Shown here in pieces: positions 11,330-25,600 of a stretch of DNA of 64,000 bases. A program made the position numbers and the translations under genes. The DNA lies in contig NW_025767431.1 of assembly GCF_003918875.1 (NCBI RefSeq), forward strand, positions 62,001 to 126,000, given 5' to 3'. Each line of letters starts with the position of its first letter. Within the stretch, counting starts at the first letter, position 1. The DNA comes from Haliotis rubra. Lineage: Eukaryota. The notes beneath the pieces were generated by a model. The model searched no databases, was not told the DNA's origin, and saw only the letters and a list, made by a program, of their open reading frames with translations.

Positions 11330-14300
11330 CACTTGTTACTTAAAGGCAGGATCGTGTGTAGCTATTTGTTACTTAAAGACGGTATGGCGTGTGGTTATTT
11401 GTTACTTAAAGGCAGGATCGCGTGTGGCTATTTGTTACTTAAAGGCAGGATCGTGTGTGGCTATTTGTTACTTAAAGAAAGTATCGCGTGTTTGTTACTA
11501 TCGCGTTGGCTACTTGTTACTTAAAGGCAGGATCGTGTATGGCTATTCGTTACTCAAAGGCATGATCGTGAGTGTATGCTATTTGCTACTTAGAGGCAGG
11601 ATCGTGTTCGACTATTTGTTACTTAAAGGCAGGATCGTGTGTGTCTATTTGTGTCTTAAAGGCAGGATCGCGTATGGCTATTTGTTACTTAAAGGCAGGA
11701 TCGCGTATGGCTATTTGTTACTTAAAGGCAGGATCGTGTGTGACTATTTGTTACTTAAAGGCAGGATCGTGTGTGACTATTTGTTACTTAAAGGCAGGAT
11801 CGTGTGTGGCTATTTGTTACTTAAAGGCAGGATCGTGTGTGACTATTTGTTACTTAAAGGCAGGATCGCGTATGGCTATTTGTTACTTAAAGGCAGGATC
11901 GTGTGTGTCTATTTGTTACTTAAAGGCAGGATTCTGAGTGACTATTTGTTACTTAAAGGCAGTATCGCGTTTGGCTATTTGTTACTTAAAGGCAGGATCG
12001 TGTGTGTCTATTTGTTACTTAAAGGCAGGATCGCGTATGGCTATTTGTTACTTAAAGGCAGGATCGTGTGTGTCTATTTGTTACTTAAAGGCAGGATTGT
12101 GAGTGACTATTTGTTACTTAAAGGCAGTATCGCGTTTGGCTATTTGTTACTTAAAGGCAGGATCGTGTGTGGCTACCTGTTACTTAAAGGTAGGATCGTG
12201 TATGGCTATTTGTTACTTAAAGGCAGGATCGTGTATGGCTATTTGTTACTTAAAGGCAGGATCGTGTGTGGCTATTTGTTACTTAAAGGTAGGATCGCGT
12301 GTGGCTATTTGTTACTTAAAGGTAGGATCGTGTGTGGCTACCTGTTACTTAAAGGTAGGATCGTGTATGGCTATTTGTTACTTAAAGGCAGGATCGTGTA
12401 TGGCTATTTGTTACTTAAAGGCAGGATCGTGTGTGGCTATTTGTTACTTAAAGGCAGTATCGCGTTTGGCTATTTGTTACTTAAAGACGGTATGGCGTGT
12501 GGCTATTTGTTACTTAAAGGTAGGATCGGGTGTGGCTATTTGTTACTTAAAGGCAGGATCGCGTATGGCTATTTGTTACTTAAAGAAAGTATCGCGTGGC
12601 TATTTGTTACTTAAAGGTAGGATCGTGTATGGCTATTTGTTACTCAAAGGCATGATCGTGAGTGGCTATTTGCTACTTAAAAGGCAGGATCGTGTTCGAC
12701 TATTTGTTACTTAAAGGCAGGATCGTGTGTGTCTATTTGTGTTTTAAAGGCAGTATCGTTTGTGACTATTTGTTACTTAAAGGCAGGATCGCGTGTGGCT
12801 ATTTGTTACTTAAAGGCAGGATCGTGTGTGACTATTTGTTACTTAAAGGTAGGATCGTGTGTCACTATTTGTTACTTGAAGGCAGGATCGCGTATGGCTA
12901 TTTGTGTCTTAAAGGCAGGATCGTGTTCGACTATTTGTTACTTAAAGGCAGGATCGTGCGTGTGGCTATTTGTTACTTAAAGGCAGGATCGTGTGTGACT
13001 ATTTGTTACTTAAAGGCAGGATCGCGTATGGCTATTTGTTACTTAAAGGCAGGATCGTGTGTGGCTATTTGTTACTTAAAGGCAGGATCGTGTGTGACTA
13101 TTTGTTACTTAAAGGCAGTATCGTGTTTGGCTGTTTGTTACTTAAAGGCAGGATCGCGTATGGCTATTTGTTACTTTTGTTACTTAAAGGCAGGATCGTG
13201 TGTGACTATTTGTTACTTAAAGGCAGGATCGTGTGTGACTATTTGTTACTTAAAGGCAGGATCGTGTGTGACTATTTGTTACTTAAAGGCAGTATCGCGT
13301 TTGGCTATTTGTTACTTAAAGGCAGGATCGCGTGTGGCTATTTGTTACTTAAAGGTAGGATCGTGTGTGGCTACCTGTTACTTAAAGGTAGGATCGTGTA
13401 TGGCTATTTGTTACTTAAAGGCAGGATCGTGTATGGCTATTTGTTACTTAAAGGCAGGATCGTGTGTGGCTATTTGTTACTTAAAGGCAGTATCGCGTTT
13501 GGCTATTTGTTACTTAAAGACGGTATGGCGTGTGGCTATTTGTTACTTAAAGGCAGGATCGGGTGTGGCTATTTGTTACTTAAAGGCAGGATCGTGTGTG
13601 GCTATTTGTTACTTAAAGAAAGTATCGCGTGTGGCTATTTGTTACTTAAAGGTAGGATCGTGTATGGCTATTTGTTACTTAAAGGCAGGATCGTGAGTGG
13701 CTATTTGCTACTTAAAGGCAGGATCGTGTTCGACTATTTGTTACTTAAAGGCAGGATCGTGTGTGTCTATTTGTGTCTTAAAGGCAGTATCGTGTGTGAC
13801 TATTTGTTACTTAAAGGCAGGATCGCGTGTGGCTATTTGTTACTTAAAGGCAGTATCGTGTGTGACTATTTGTTACTTAAAGGCAGGATCGCGTATGGCT
13901 ATTTGTGTCTTAAAGGCAGGATCGTGTGTGACTATTTGTTACTTAAAGGCAGGATCGTGTGTCACTATTTGTTACTTGAAGGCAGGATCGCGTATGGCTA
14001 TTTGTGTCTTAAAGGCAGGATCGTGTTCGACTATTTGTTACTTAAAGGCAGGATCGTGTGTGTCTATTTGTTACTTAAAGGCAGGATCGTGTGTGACTAT
14101 TTGTTACTTAAAGGCAGGATCGCGTATGGCTATTTGTTACTTAAAGGCAGGATCGTGTGTGTCTATTTGTTACTTAAAGGCAGGATCGTGTGTGACTATT
14201 TGTTACTTAAAGGCAGTATCGTGTTTGGCTGTTTGTCACTTAAAGGCAGGATCGCGTATGGCTATTTGTTACTTAAAGGTAGGATCGTGTGTGACTATTT

Positions 14301-14474
14301 GTTACTTAAAGTCAGGATCGTGTGTGACTATTTGTTACTTAAAGGCAGGATCGTGTGTGACTATTTGTTACTTAAAGGCAGTATCGCGTTTGGCTATTTG
14401 TTACTTAAAGGCAGGATCGCGTGTGGCTATTTGTTACTTAAAGGTAGGATCGTGTGTGGCTACCTGTTACTTAA
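11330..14474. repeat. 33-bp satellite, left part of the large array (~95 units)
   Basis: Tandem AAAGGCAGGATCGTGTGTGGCTATTTGTTACTT variants. Confidence 0.97.
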
Positions 14475-16635
14475 AGGGCAAGTGTACACGAAAATTAACC
14501 TTTTGTCTTGCACTTTTCCCTCATAAAAGTGTTTATCAAGTAGTTTTATATCCAAACCTGTACATATTTCAGAAGTAACTAATTTATTGTTTGCGTTATA
14601 TCAATTCATATTTTCAACATTTACCGAGAGTTCTATGTCCACAATAAAAACACCATGGCTTATGTCCCTTGGAAATGACGTCATTGGTGCCCGAACGATA
14701 AACAAATGACGTCGTTAGACCTTATTAGACCCATTTCATGTGTGGTGCAGGTATAGATAGGTGTGGTTCTTGTGTCTCGATGCGCAGGCTACTGTTTTAA
14801 TCCACCTGTTGCCTAGCCGTCAGCTGGCTTATGTGGTCAGTTGTACACTGTAATGACGTTGCTGTTTTGAAAACGTATACATTGTACTAAATGTGTTACC
14901 ACGTAAACAAATTGTATAACATTCAACCTGAGTCGGTCGCCTTTTCAACAGTATCATTTTTCACAAACATTAAAACGTGCACTACATCTAGCTTGCCATC
15001 TGTGAATGTGCCGGCATTCTACGTTTGTTACTAAAATTCCTACTTAAATCGTACAATATGTCCCTCCTCTTCCACCTTCACTTTGATATCGATACCATAT
15101 CCAAATACATCACGAAGATAAATGCAATTTGCAGTTTTGAACTCTGTTTGAAATTCGTTTTTTCTATGATAGATCTATCATCCGCTCATTGCAGATCAAA
15201 TATACTGAAAATTACTATGCATCGTAAATCTCGCCAGTTTTGACACATTACTAAATCACCATTAACTGCGTTTTGCGTAATTTATTGTATGTCTTAATTC
15301 AAATGTCAAATTTTATTGGGAGAATTGAATTTAAGAAAAAGACGTATCATTGTGATCAGCGGTAGTTTTGTTGTTGTATGATCAAATCACCAATGCTCGT
15401 TCTGAAACATTGTCAATGAACCGAGAATCGCTGGGAATGTTTTGGAAAATACGCAAAAACCAAAGCCATATTACAGAGTGTTTATAAAATCACGTCACAT
15501 GTATGTTGGTTATGTTTCGCCCTTAAAATCAATAAAATTGTATAGTTCAACACCATCTTCCTGACACGAATCCCTGAATTGCTCATATAGTTCAAAATAA
15601 ACTGGCAAGTGGACTTTGTCACCAATTCGAAGTGTTTCAGTGAAATCGAATGAAAAATATCTGATACCGCGCTGGGAAGGACCACATGTTTGAAATGTAA
15701 ACAAAGCCAATAAGATTTTACACTGTGTATCCGTTCGCCTACTCGTTGCATAGACCAGTACAGGGGCCCGTTTCACAAAGCCCTCTTACCGGTACGACCT
15801 CCTAAATCTAGGAGGCTTTTGTGAAACGCGGGCCTGCTCATTAGTTTTAGAACATGTATGGGAAAGGTATCGAGCAAGCGATAGTTAAATAAAATAGGTG
15901 TATTCTTGTGATTTTCTAGATTCATCACAACATATTACAGTTTCTGAAAGCGTGACGCCATGATTGACGCCAACTCACGCACAACGATGATGGTACCTCT
16001 CTTAATTTCTGACTATCTACCTTGGTCACAATGAAAACAAAAAGAAAATAACAACCAGCAGACTGACAGAATTTTTGGACTACTTACATGTCACATTTAT
16101 GCATATACGTTGCTTGAAACAACGAAAATGTCTTCGAAAACTCCGGCGTACTCGTGTCAGTGAACACGCCATTTTGAAAAAGTCGCTTCCCGATAGTGAT
16201 GTCATACGGACGTCAACATTGTTATACACATTTGTTATTTTCACTGAGATGAGGTTATGAATGAAAAAACACACGATCAATCTGTCCTGCTGCTTACATT
16301 TTCTGTTCTTATGCTTCTTTCGAATTTTCACAAACTTTTCTCACGTGATTAATTTCAGTATAATTAATCTTTGATTTGGGACTAGACAGGAGATCAGTTT
16401 AAAATCAAGTGGCACCAATTACGTCATAATCAAAGGGCGGTAACTCTGGCCTGTTTTAGCTCTGCAAACAAAGGCCTCATATTGGCGTTACATATCAGCA
16501 CTTATTTTGAAGGTTATACTAACAATGTAAGAAAAATGAGTGTATATTTTCAAACATTGGTATTAACTAATTAAAACAGTTCACTTTGATTCACATAAGA
16601 ATAAATGTGATTTATTCTTCGTGTACACTTCCAGT
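14475..16635. mobile_element. Non-autonomous TTAA-specific DNA transposon (Kolobok-like) inserted into the satellite
   Basis: TTAA duplicated at 14471-74 and 16636-39. Imperfect TIRs AGGGCAAGTGTACACGAA / TTCGTGTACACTTCCAGT. No transposase ORF. The satellite register resumes exactly after it. Confidence 0.85.
15764..15835. mobile_element. Small PIF/Harbinger-like palindromic MITE remnant nested in the TTAA element
   Basis: GGGCCCGTTTCACAAAGCCCTC...GAGGCTTTTGTGAAACGCGGGCC. Confidence 0.5.
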
Positions 16636-19600
16636 TTAAAGGTAGGATCGTGTATGGCTATTTGTTACTTAAAGGCAGGATCGTGTGTGGCTATTTGTTA
16701 CTTAAAGGCAGGATAGTATGTGACGATTTGTTACTTAAAGGCAGGATCGCGTGTGGCTATTTGTTACTTAAAGGTAGGATCGTGTGTGGCTATTTGTTAC
16801 TTAAAGGCAGGATCGTGTACGGCTAGTTGTTACTTAAAGGGAGTATCGTGTGTGACTAGTTGTTACTTAAAGGCAGGATCGTGTGTGGCTATTTGTTACT
16901 TAAAGGCAGTATCGCGTTTGGTCATTTGTTACTTAAAGGCAGGATAGCGTGTGGCTATTTGTTACTTAAATTTAGGATCGTGAGTGGCTATTTGTTACTT
17001 AAAGGTAGGATCATGTATGGCTAGTTGTTACTTAAAGGCAGGATCGTGTATGGCTATTTGTTACTTAAAGGCAGGATCGTGTGTGGCTATTTCTTACTTA
17101 AAGGCAGGATAGTATGTGACGATTTGTTACTTAAAGGCAGGATCGCGTGTGGCTATTTGTTACTTAAAGGTAGGATCGTTTGTGGCTATTTGTTACTTAA
17201 AGGGAGTATCGTGTGTGACTAGTTGTTACTTAAAGGCAGGATCGTGTGTGACTATTTGTTACTTAAAGGCAGGATCACGTATGGCTATTTGTTACTTAAA
17301 GGCAGGATCGTGTGTGTCTATTTGTTACTTAAAAGCAGGATCGTGTGTGTCTATTTGTCACTTAAAGGCAGGATCGAGTGTGGCTATTTCTTTACTTTAA
17401 AGGCAGGATCGTGTGTGGCTATTTGTTACTTAAAGGCAGGATCGTGTGTGTCTATTTGTCACTTAAAGGCAGGATCGTGTGTGCCTATTTCTTACTTAAA
17501 GGCAGGATCGCGTGTGGCTATTTGTTACTTAAAGGTAGGGTCGTGTGTGGCTACCTGTTACTTAATGGTAGGATTGAGTATGGCTATTTGTTACTTAAAG
17601 GCAGGATCGTGTATGGCTATTTGTTACTTAAAGGCAGGATCGTGAGTGGCTATTTGTTACTTAAAGGTTGGATCGTGTGGCTATTTGTTACTTAAAGGCA
17701 GGATAGTATGTGACGATTTGTTACTTAAAGGCAGTATAGCGTGTGGCTATTTGTTACTTAAAGGTAGGATCGTGTGTGGCTATTTGTTACTTAAAGGCAG
17801 GGTCGTCTGCGGCTAGTTGTTACTCAAAGGTAGGATCGTGTGTGACTATTTCTTACTTAAAGGCAGGATCGCGTATGGCTATTTGTTACGTAAAGGAGTA
17901 TCGTGTGTGACTAGTTGTTACTTAAAGGCAGGATCGTGTGTGGCTATTTGTTACTTAAAGGCAGGATCGTGTGTGGCTATTTGTTACTTAAAGGTAGGAT
18001 CGTGTGTGGCTATTTGTTACTTAAAGGCAGGATCGTGTGTGGCTATTTGTTACTTAAAGGCAGGATAGTATGTGACGATTTGTTACTTAAAGGCAGGATC
18101 GCGTGTGGCTATTTGTTACTTAAAGGTAGGATCGTTTGTGGCTATTTGTTACTTAAAGGGAGTATCGTGTGTGACTAGTTGTTACTTAAAGGCAGGATCG
18201 TGTGTGACTATTTGTTACTTAAAGGCAGGATCACGTATGGCTATTTGTTACTTAAAGGCAGGATCGTGTGTGGCTATTTGTTACTTAAAGGCAGGATCGT
18301 GTGTGTCTATTTGTCACTTAAAGGCAGGATCGTGTGTGGCTAGTTGTTACTTAAAAGGCAGGATCGTGTGGCTATTTGTTACTTAAAGGCAGGATCGTGT
18401 GTGTCTATTTGTCACTTAAAGGCAGGATCGTGTGTGGCTATTTCTTAGTTAAAGGCAGGGTCGCGTGTGGCTATTTGTTACTTAAAGGTAGGATCGTGTG
18501 TGGCTAACTGTTACTTAATGGTAGGATTGTGAATGGCTATTTGTTACTTAAAGGCAGGATCGTGTATGGCTATTTGTTACTTAAAAGGCAGGATCGTGTG
18601 TGGCTATTTGTTACTTAAAGGTTGGATCGTGTGTCTATTTGTTACTTAAAGGCATGATAATATGTGACGATTTGTTACTTAAAGGCAGTATAGCGTGTGG
18701 CTATTTGTTACTTAAAGGTAGGATCGTGTGTGGCTATTTGTTACTTAAAGGTAGGGTCGTGTGCGGCTAGTTGTTACTCAAAGGTAGGATCGTGTGTGAC
18801 TATTTCTTACTTAAAGGCAGGATCGCGTATGGCTATTTGTTACGTAAAGGGAGTATAGTGTGTGACTAGTTGTTACGTAAAGGCAGGATCGTGTGTGGGT
18901 ATTTGTTACTTAAAGGCAGTATCGCGTATGGCTATTTGTTACTTAAAGGCAGGATCGTGTGTGACTATTTGTTACTTAAAGGCAGGATCGTGTGTGACTA
19001 TTTGTTACTTAAAGGCAGGATCGCGTATGGCTATTTGTTACTTAAAGGGAGTATCATGTGTGACTAGTTGTTACTTAAAGGCAGGATAGTATGTGACGAT
19101 TTGTTACTTAAAGGCAGGATCGCGTATGGCTATTTGTTACTTAAAGGCAGGATCGTGTGTGGCTATTTGTTACTTAAAGGCAGTATCGCGTTTGGTCATT
19201 TGTTACTTAAAGGCAGGATAGCGTGTGGCTATTTGTTACTTAAATTTAGGATCGTGAGTGGCTATTTGTTACTTAAAGGTAGGATCATGTATGGCTAGTT
19301 GTTACTTAAAGGCAGGATCGTGTATGGCTATTTGTTACTTAAAGGCAGGATCGTGTGTGGCTATTTCTTACTTAAAGGCAGGATCGTGTGTGGCTATTTG
19401 TTACTTAAAGGCAGGATCGTGTGTGGCTATTTGTTACTTAAAGGCAGGATAGTATGTGACGATTTGTTACTTAAAGGCAGGATCGCGTGTGGCTATTTGT
19501 TACTTAAAGGTAGGATCGTTTGTGGCTATTTGTTACTTAAAGGGAGTATCGTGTGTGACTAGTTGTTACTTAAAGGCAGGATCGTGTGACTATTTGTTAC

Positions 19601-22600
19601 TTAAAGGCAGGATCACGTATGGCTATTTGTTACTTAAAGGCAGGATCGTGTGTGTCTATTTGTTACTTAAAGGCAGGATCGTGTGTGTCTATTTGTTACT
19701 TAAAGGCAGGATCGTGTGTGGCTATTTGTTACTTAAAGGCAGGATCGTGTGTGGCTATTTGTTACTTAAAGGCAGGATCGTGTGTGGGCTATTTGTCACT
19801 TAAAGGCAGGATCGTGAGTGGCTATTTCTTACTTAAAGGCAGGATCGTGTATGGCTATTTGTTACTTAAAGGTAGGGTCGTGTGTGGCTACCTGTTACTT
19901 AATGGTAGGATTGAGTATGGCTATTTGTTACTTAAAGGCAGGATAGTATGTGACGATTTGTTACTTAAAGGCAGGATCGCGTGTGGCTATTTGTTACTTA
20001 AAGGTAGGATCGTGTGTGGCTATTTGTTACTTAAAGGCAGGATCGTGTACGGCTAGTTGTTACTCAAAGGTAGGATCGTGTGTGACTATTTGTTACTTAA
20101 AGGCAGGATCGCGTATGGCTATTTGTTACTTAAAGGGAGGATCGTGTGTGACTAGTTGTTACTTAAAGGCAGGATCGTGTGTGGCTATTTGTTACTTAAA
20201 GGCAGGATCGTGTGTGGCTATTTGTTACTTAAAGGTAGGATCGTGTGTGGCTATTTGTTACTTAAAGGCAGGATAGTATGTGACGATTTGTTACTTAAAG
20301 GCAGGATCGCGTGTGGCTATTTGTTACTTAAAGGTAGGATCGTTTGTGGCTATTTGTTACTTAAAGGAGTATCGTGTGTGACTAGTTGTTACTTAAAGGC
20401 AGGATCGTGTGTGACTATTTGTTACTTAAAGGCAGGATCACGTATGGCTATTTGTTACTTAAAGGCAGGATCGTGTGTGTCTATTTGTTACTTAAAGGCA
20501 GGATCGTGTGTGACTATTTGTCACTTAAAGGCAGGATCGTGTGTGGCTATTTGTTACTTAAAGGCAGGATCGTGTGTGGCTATTTGTTACTTAAAAGGCA
20601 GGATCGTGTGTGTCTATTTGTCACTTAAAGGCAGGATCGTGTGTGGCTATTTCTTACTTAAAGGCAGGGTCGCGTGTGGCTATTTGTTACTTAAAGGTAG
20701 GATCGTGTGTGGCTACCTGTTACTTAATGGTAGGATTGTGTATGGCTATTTGTTACTTAAAGGCAGGATCGTGTATGGCTATTTGTTACTTAAAGGCAGG
20801 ATCGTGTGGGCTATTTGTTACTTAAAGGTTGGATCGTGTGTCTATTTGTTACTTAAAGGCATGATAATATGTGACGATTTGTTACTTAAAGGCAGTATAG
20901 CGTGTGGCTATTTGTTACTTAAAGGTAGGATTGTGTGTGGCTATTTGTTACTTAAAGGTAGGGTCGTGTGCGGCTAGTTGTTACTCAAAGGTAGGATCGT
21001 GTGTGACTATTTCTTACTTAAAGGCAGGATCGCGTATGGCTATTTGTTACGTAAAGGGAGTATCGTGTGTGACTAGTTGTTACTTAAAAGGCAGGATCGT
21101 GTGTGGCTATTTGTTACTTAAAGGCAGTATCGCGTATGGGTATTTGTTACTTAAAGGCAGGATCGTGTGTGACTATTTGTTACTTAAAGGCAGGATCGTG
21201 TTTGGCTGTTTGTCACTTAAAGGCAGGATCGCGTATGGCTATTTGTTACTTAAAGGTAGGATCGTGTGTGACTATTTGTTACTTAAAGTCAGGATCGTGT
21301 GTGTCTATTTGTTACTTAAAGGCAGGATCGTGTGTGACTATTTGTTACTTAAAGGCAGTATCGTGTTTGGCTATTTGTTACTTAAAGGCAGGATCGCGTT
21401 TGGCTATTTGTTACTTAAAGGTAGGATCGTGTGTGGCTACCTGTTACTTAAAGGCAGGATCGTGTATGGCTATTTGTTACTTAAAGGCAGGATCGTGTAT
21501 GACTATTTGTTACTTAAAGGCAGGATCGTGTGTGGCTATTTTTACTTAAAGGTAGGATCCCGTGGCAGGCGTGTATTTGTTACTTAAAGGTAGGATCGTG
21601 TGTGGCTACCTGTTACTTAAAGGTAGGATCGTGTATGGCTATTTGTTACTTAAAGGCAGGATCGTGTATGGCTATTTGTTACTTAAAGGCAGGATCGTGT
21701 GTGGCTATTTGTTACTTAAAGGCAGGATCGCGTGTGGCTATTTGTTACTTAAAGGCAGGATCGCGTGTGGCTATTTGTTACTTAAAGGCAGTATCGCGTG
21801 TGGCTATTTGTTACTTAAAGGCAGGATCGTGTGTGGCTATTTGTTACTTAAAGGCAGGATCGTGTTCGGCTATTTGTTACTTAAAGGCAGGATCGTGTGT
21901 GGCTATTTGTTACTTAAAGGCAGGATCGTGTGTGACTATTTGTTACTTAAAGGCAGGATCGCGTGTGGCTATTTGTTACTTAAAGGCAGGATCGTGTGGA
22001 CTATTTGTTACTTAAAGGCAGGATCGTGTATGGCTATTTGTTACTTTGGGACAGGATCGCGTATGGCTATTTGTTACTTAAAGGCAGGATCGTGTTCGAC
22101 TATTTGTTACTTAAAGGCACGATCGTGTGTGGCTATTTGTTACTTAAAGGCAGGATCGTGTGTGGCTATTTGTTACTTAAAGGCAGGATCGTGTGTGACG
22201 ATTTGTTACTTAAAGGCAGGATCGCGTATGGCTATTTGTTACTTAAAGGCAGGATCGTGTGTGGCTATTTGTTACTTAAAGGTAGGATCGTTTGTGGCTA
22301 TTTGTTACTTAAAGGAGTATCATGTGTGATAGTTGTTACTTAAAGGCAGGATCGTGAGTGACTATTTGTTACTTAAAGGCAGGATCGTGTATGGCTATTT
22401 GTTACTTAAAAGGCAGGATCGTGTGTGTCTATTTGTTCCTTAAAGGCAGGATCGTGTGTGGCTATTTGTTACTTAAAGGCAGGATCGTGTGGGCTATTTG
22501 TTACTTAAAGGCAGGATCGTGTATGGCTATTTGTTACTTAAAGGCAGGATCGCGTATGGCTATTTGTTACTTAAAGGCAGGATCGTGTGTGACTATTTGT

Positions 22601-25600
22601 TACTTAAAGGCAGGATCGTGTATGGCTATTTGTTACTTAAAGGCAGGATCGTGTGTGGCTATTTGTTACTTAAAGGCAGGATCGTGTATTTGTTACTTAA
22701 AAGGCAGGATCGTGTTGGCAATTTGTTACTTAAAGGCAGGATCGTGTGTGGCTATTTGTTACTTAAAGGCAGGATCGTGTATGGCTATTTGTTACTTAAA
22801 GGCAGGATCGTGTGTGGCTATTTGTTACTTAAAGGTAGGATCGTGTGTGGCTACCTGTTACTTAAAGGCAGGATCGTGTATGGCTATTTGTTACTTAAAG
22901 GCAGGATCGTGTGTGGCTATTTGTTACTTAAAGGTAGGATCGCGTGTGGCTATTTGTTACTTAAAGGCAGGATCGTGTGTGGCTACCTGTTACTTAAAGG
23001 CAGGATCGTGTATGGCTATTTGTTACTTAAAGGCAGGATCGTGTGTGGCTATTTGTTACTTAAAGGCAGGATCGTGTATGACTATTTGTTACTTAAAGGC
23101 AGGATCGCGTATGGCTATTTGTTACTTAAAGGCAGGATCGTGTGTGGCTATTTGTTACTTAAAGGCAGGATCGTGTGTGGCTATTTGTTACTTAAAGGCA
23201 GGATCGTGTGTGGCTATTTGTTACTTAAAGGCAGGATAGTATGTGACGATTTGTTACTTAAAGGCAGGATCGCGTGTGGCTATTTGTTACTTAAAGGTAG
23301 GATCGTGTGTGTGGCTATTTGTTACTTAAAGGGCAGGATCGTTTGTGGCTATTTGTTACTTAAAGGGAGTATCATGTGTGACTAGTTGTTACTTAAAAGG
23401 CAGGATCGTGTATGGCTATTTGTTACTTAAAGGCAGGATCGTGTATGGCTATTTGTTACTTAAAGGCAGGATCGTGTGTGGCTATTTGTTACTTAAAGGC
23501 AGGATCGTGTGTGGCTATTTGTTACTTAAAGGCAGGATCGTGTGTGGCTATTTGTTACTTAAAGGCAGGATCGTGTGTGGCTATTTGTTACTTAAAGGCA
23601 GGATCGCGTATGGCTATTTGTTACTTAAAGGCAGGATCGTGTGTGGCTATTTGTTACTTAAAGGCAGGATCGTGTGTGGCTATTTGTTACTTAAAGGCAG
23701 GATCGTGTGTGGCTATTTGTTACTTAAAGGCAGGATCGTGTGTGACTATTTGTTACTTAAAGGCAGGATCGTGTGTGGCTATTTGTTACTTAAAGGCAGG
23801 ATCGTGTTTGGCTGTTTGTTACTTAAAGGCAGGATCGCGTATGGCTATTTGTTACTTAAAGGCAGGATCGTGTGTATGGCTATTTGTTACTTAAAGGCAG
23901 GATCGTGTGTGGCTATTTGTTACTTAAAGGCAGGATCGTGTGTGGCTATTTGTTACTTAAAGGCAGGATCGTGTGTGGCTATTTGTTACTTAAAGGCAGG
24001 ATCGCGTGTGGCTATTTGTTACTTAAAATGCAGGATCGTGTATGGCTATTTGTTACTTAAAGGCAGGATCGTGTATGGCTATTTGTTACTTAAAGGCAGG
24101 ATCGTGTGTGGCTATTTGTTACTTAAAGGCAGGATCGTGTGTGGCTATTTGTTACTTAAAGGCAGGATCGTGTGTGGCTATTTGTTACTTAAAGGCAGGA
24201 TCGTGTGTGGCTATTTGTTACTTAAAGGTAGGATCGTGTGTGGCTATTTGTTACTTAAAGGCAGGATCGTGTCGGCTATTTGTTACTTAAAGGCAGGATC
24301 GTGTGTGTCTATTTGTTACTTAAAGGCAGGATCGTGTGTGGCTATTTGTTACTTAAAGGCAGGATCGCGTGTGGCTATTTGTTACTTAAAGGCAGGATCG
24401 TGTGTGGCTATTTGTTACTTAAAGGAAGGATCGTGTATGGCTATTTGTTACTTAAAGGCAGGATCGCGTATGGCTATTTGTTACTTAAAGGCAGGATCGT
24501 GTATGGACTATTTGTTACTTAAAGGCAGGATCGTGTGTGGCTATTTGTTACTTAAAGGCAGGATCGTGTGTGGCTATTTGTTACTTAAAGGCAGGATCGT
24601 ATGTGGCTATTTGTTACTTAAAGGCAGGATCGCGTGTGGCTATTTGTTACTTAAAGGTAGGATCGTGTGTGGCTATTTGTTACTTAAAGGCAGGATCGTG
24701 TGTGGCTATTTGTTACTTAAAGGCAGGATCGTGTGTGACTATTTGTTACTTAAAGGCAGGATCGTGTATGGCTATTTGTTACTTAAAGGCAGGATCGTGT
24801 ATGGCTATTTGTTACTTAAAGGCAGGATCGTGTGTGGCTATTTGTTACTTAAAGGCAGGATCGTGTATGGCTATTTGTTACTTAAAGGCAGGATCGTGTA
24901 TGGCTATTTGTTACTTAAAGGCAGGATCGTGTGTGGCTATTTGTTACTTAAAGGCAGGATCGTGTATGGCTATTTGTTACTTAAAGGCAGGATCGTGTAT
25001 GGCTATTTGTTACTTAAAGGCAGGATCGTGTATGGCTATTTGTTACTTAAAGGCAGGATCGTGTGTGGCTATTTGTTACTTAAAGGCAGGATCGTGTATG
25101 GCTATTTGTTACTTAAAGGCAGGATCGTGTATGGCTATTTGTTACTTAAAGGCAGGATCGTGTATGGCTATTTGTTACTTAAAGGCAGGATCGTGTGTGG
25201 CTATTTGTTACTTAAAGGCAGGATCGTGTATGGCTATTTGTTACTTAAAGGCAGGATCGTGTATGGCTATTTGTTACTTAAAGGCAGGATCGTGTATGGC
25301 TATTTGTTACTTAAAGGCAGGATCGTGTATGGCTATTTGTTACTTAAAGGCAGGATCGTGTATGGCTATTTGTTACTTAAAGGCAGGATCGTGTATGGCT
25401 ATTTGTTACTTAAAGGCAGGATCGTGTGTGGCTATTTGTTACTTAAAGGCAGGATCGTGTATGGCTATTTGTTACTTAAAGGCAGGATCGTGTATGGCTA
25501 TTTGTTACTTAAAGGCAGGATCGCGTGTGGCTATTTGTTACTTAAAGGCAGGATCGTGTGTGGCTATTTGTTACTTAAAGGCAGGATCGTGTATGGCTAT

